Shown one piece after another: positions 63,580 to 64,000 of a stretch of DNA of 64,000 nucleotides (position 1 is its first letter; each line of letters begins with the position of its first letter). The notes beneath the pieces are model-generated. The model worked only from the letters and a program-made list of their open reading frames with translations. It was not told where the DNA came from and did not search any database. Source of the stretch: a virus (lineage: Duplodnaviria; Caudoviricetes); the IMG/VR virus record IMGVR_UViG_3300012933_000253, positions 4,187 to 68,186 of that record. One strand, given 5' to 3'. The translations under genes were made by a program, and so were the position numbers.

Positions 63580-64000
63580 ATGAACAACATTAACGTAATT
63601 AAGCGTGATGGGACTTCCGTCCCTCTCGATATCTCTAAGATACAAAGACAAGTTAGTTACGGATGCAAGGGAATAGATAACGTTAGCCCTAGCATGATTG
63701 AAATTAAAGCCCAGATTGAACTACATGACGGGATGAGTACAAAAACAATTGACGAACTATTGCTTAAGGCAATGGTCAACTTGATTGACGAAACAGAGAA
63801 CCCAGATATCAATAACGTAAACTATCAATACGTTGCGGGTCGTCAAAAGGTTTCAATGCTTCGCAAAGAAGTATACGGCGAATACGAGCCACCTAAACTA
63901 TACGATATCGTAAAGACAAACGTAGCAAACAAATCATACACTCCCGAACTATTAGAGTGGTATTCAGAAGATGAATGGAATATCATTGACTTGTTTCTTG
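63580..64000 (+). CDS. nrdA: Ribonucleotide reductase large subunit with N-terminal ATP cone (partial, runs off window)
   Basis: Not in the ORF track. ATG 63580 after SD AAGG reads MNNINVIKRDG...LDISKI...SMIE...T..IDELL.KA...YQYVAGR...LRKEVYG.YEPP.LY. Confidence 0.9.
   Translation, partial: MNNINVIKRDGTSVPLDISKIQRQVSYGCKGIDNVSPSMIEIKAQIELHDGMSTKTIDELLLKAMVNLIDETENPDINNVNYQYVAGRQKVSMLRKEVYGEYEPPKLYDIVKTNVANKSYTPELLEWYSEDEWNIIDLFL

Noticed and set aside
1-64000. Stop-codon reassignment (TAG or TGA recoding seen in some large phages)
   Set aside because: Code 11 already gives a dense, uninterrupted gene set. TGA ends four genes and TAG ends one at sensible boundaries, and no genes are fragmented.

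Overview
This 64 kb window is part of the genome of a large T4-superfamily (myovirus-like) bacteriophage. Every credible gene is on the + strand and the standard genetic code is used. Layout: (1) the C-terminal end of a large virion gene; (2) a T4-like head module of portal (gp20), a small basic protein, an acidic core protein, prohead protease (gp21), scaffold (gp22) and major capsid protein (gp23); (3) two small paralogs and a LysM-bearing putative internal head protein, each set off by a terminator hairpin plus a TAAATA late-promoter motif; (4) a ~53 kb tail-fibre/adhesin region (9.5-62.7 kb, ~44 genes); (5) small hypothetical genes, a LapG/BTLCP-like protein and the 5' end of nrdA. The adhesin region is built from repeated carrier-(adaptor)-variable tip cassettes, with about 13 glycine-rich (gp38/polyglycine-II-like) domains, a six-LamG plus fibrinogen-like lectin, and an embedded 2OG-Fe(II) oxygenase/cupin island. 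The most notable unexplained structures are (a) the plug-in adhesin arsenal with several distinct coupling interfaces, most cassettes headed by their own late-promoter motif, and (b) a class of late-promoter motifs only 4-7 nt upstream of ATG with no Shine-Dalgarno, implying leaderless late mRNAs. No tRNA, CRISPR, integrase, invertase or reverse transcriptase was seen. All product calls come from motifs read by eye; no database search was run.
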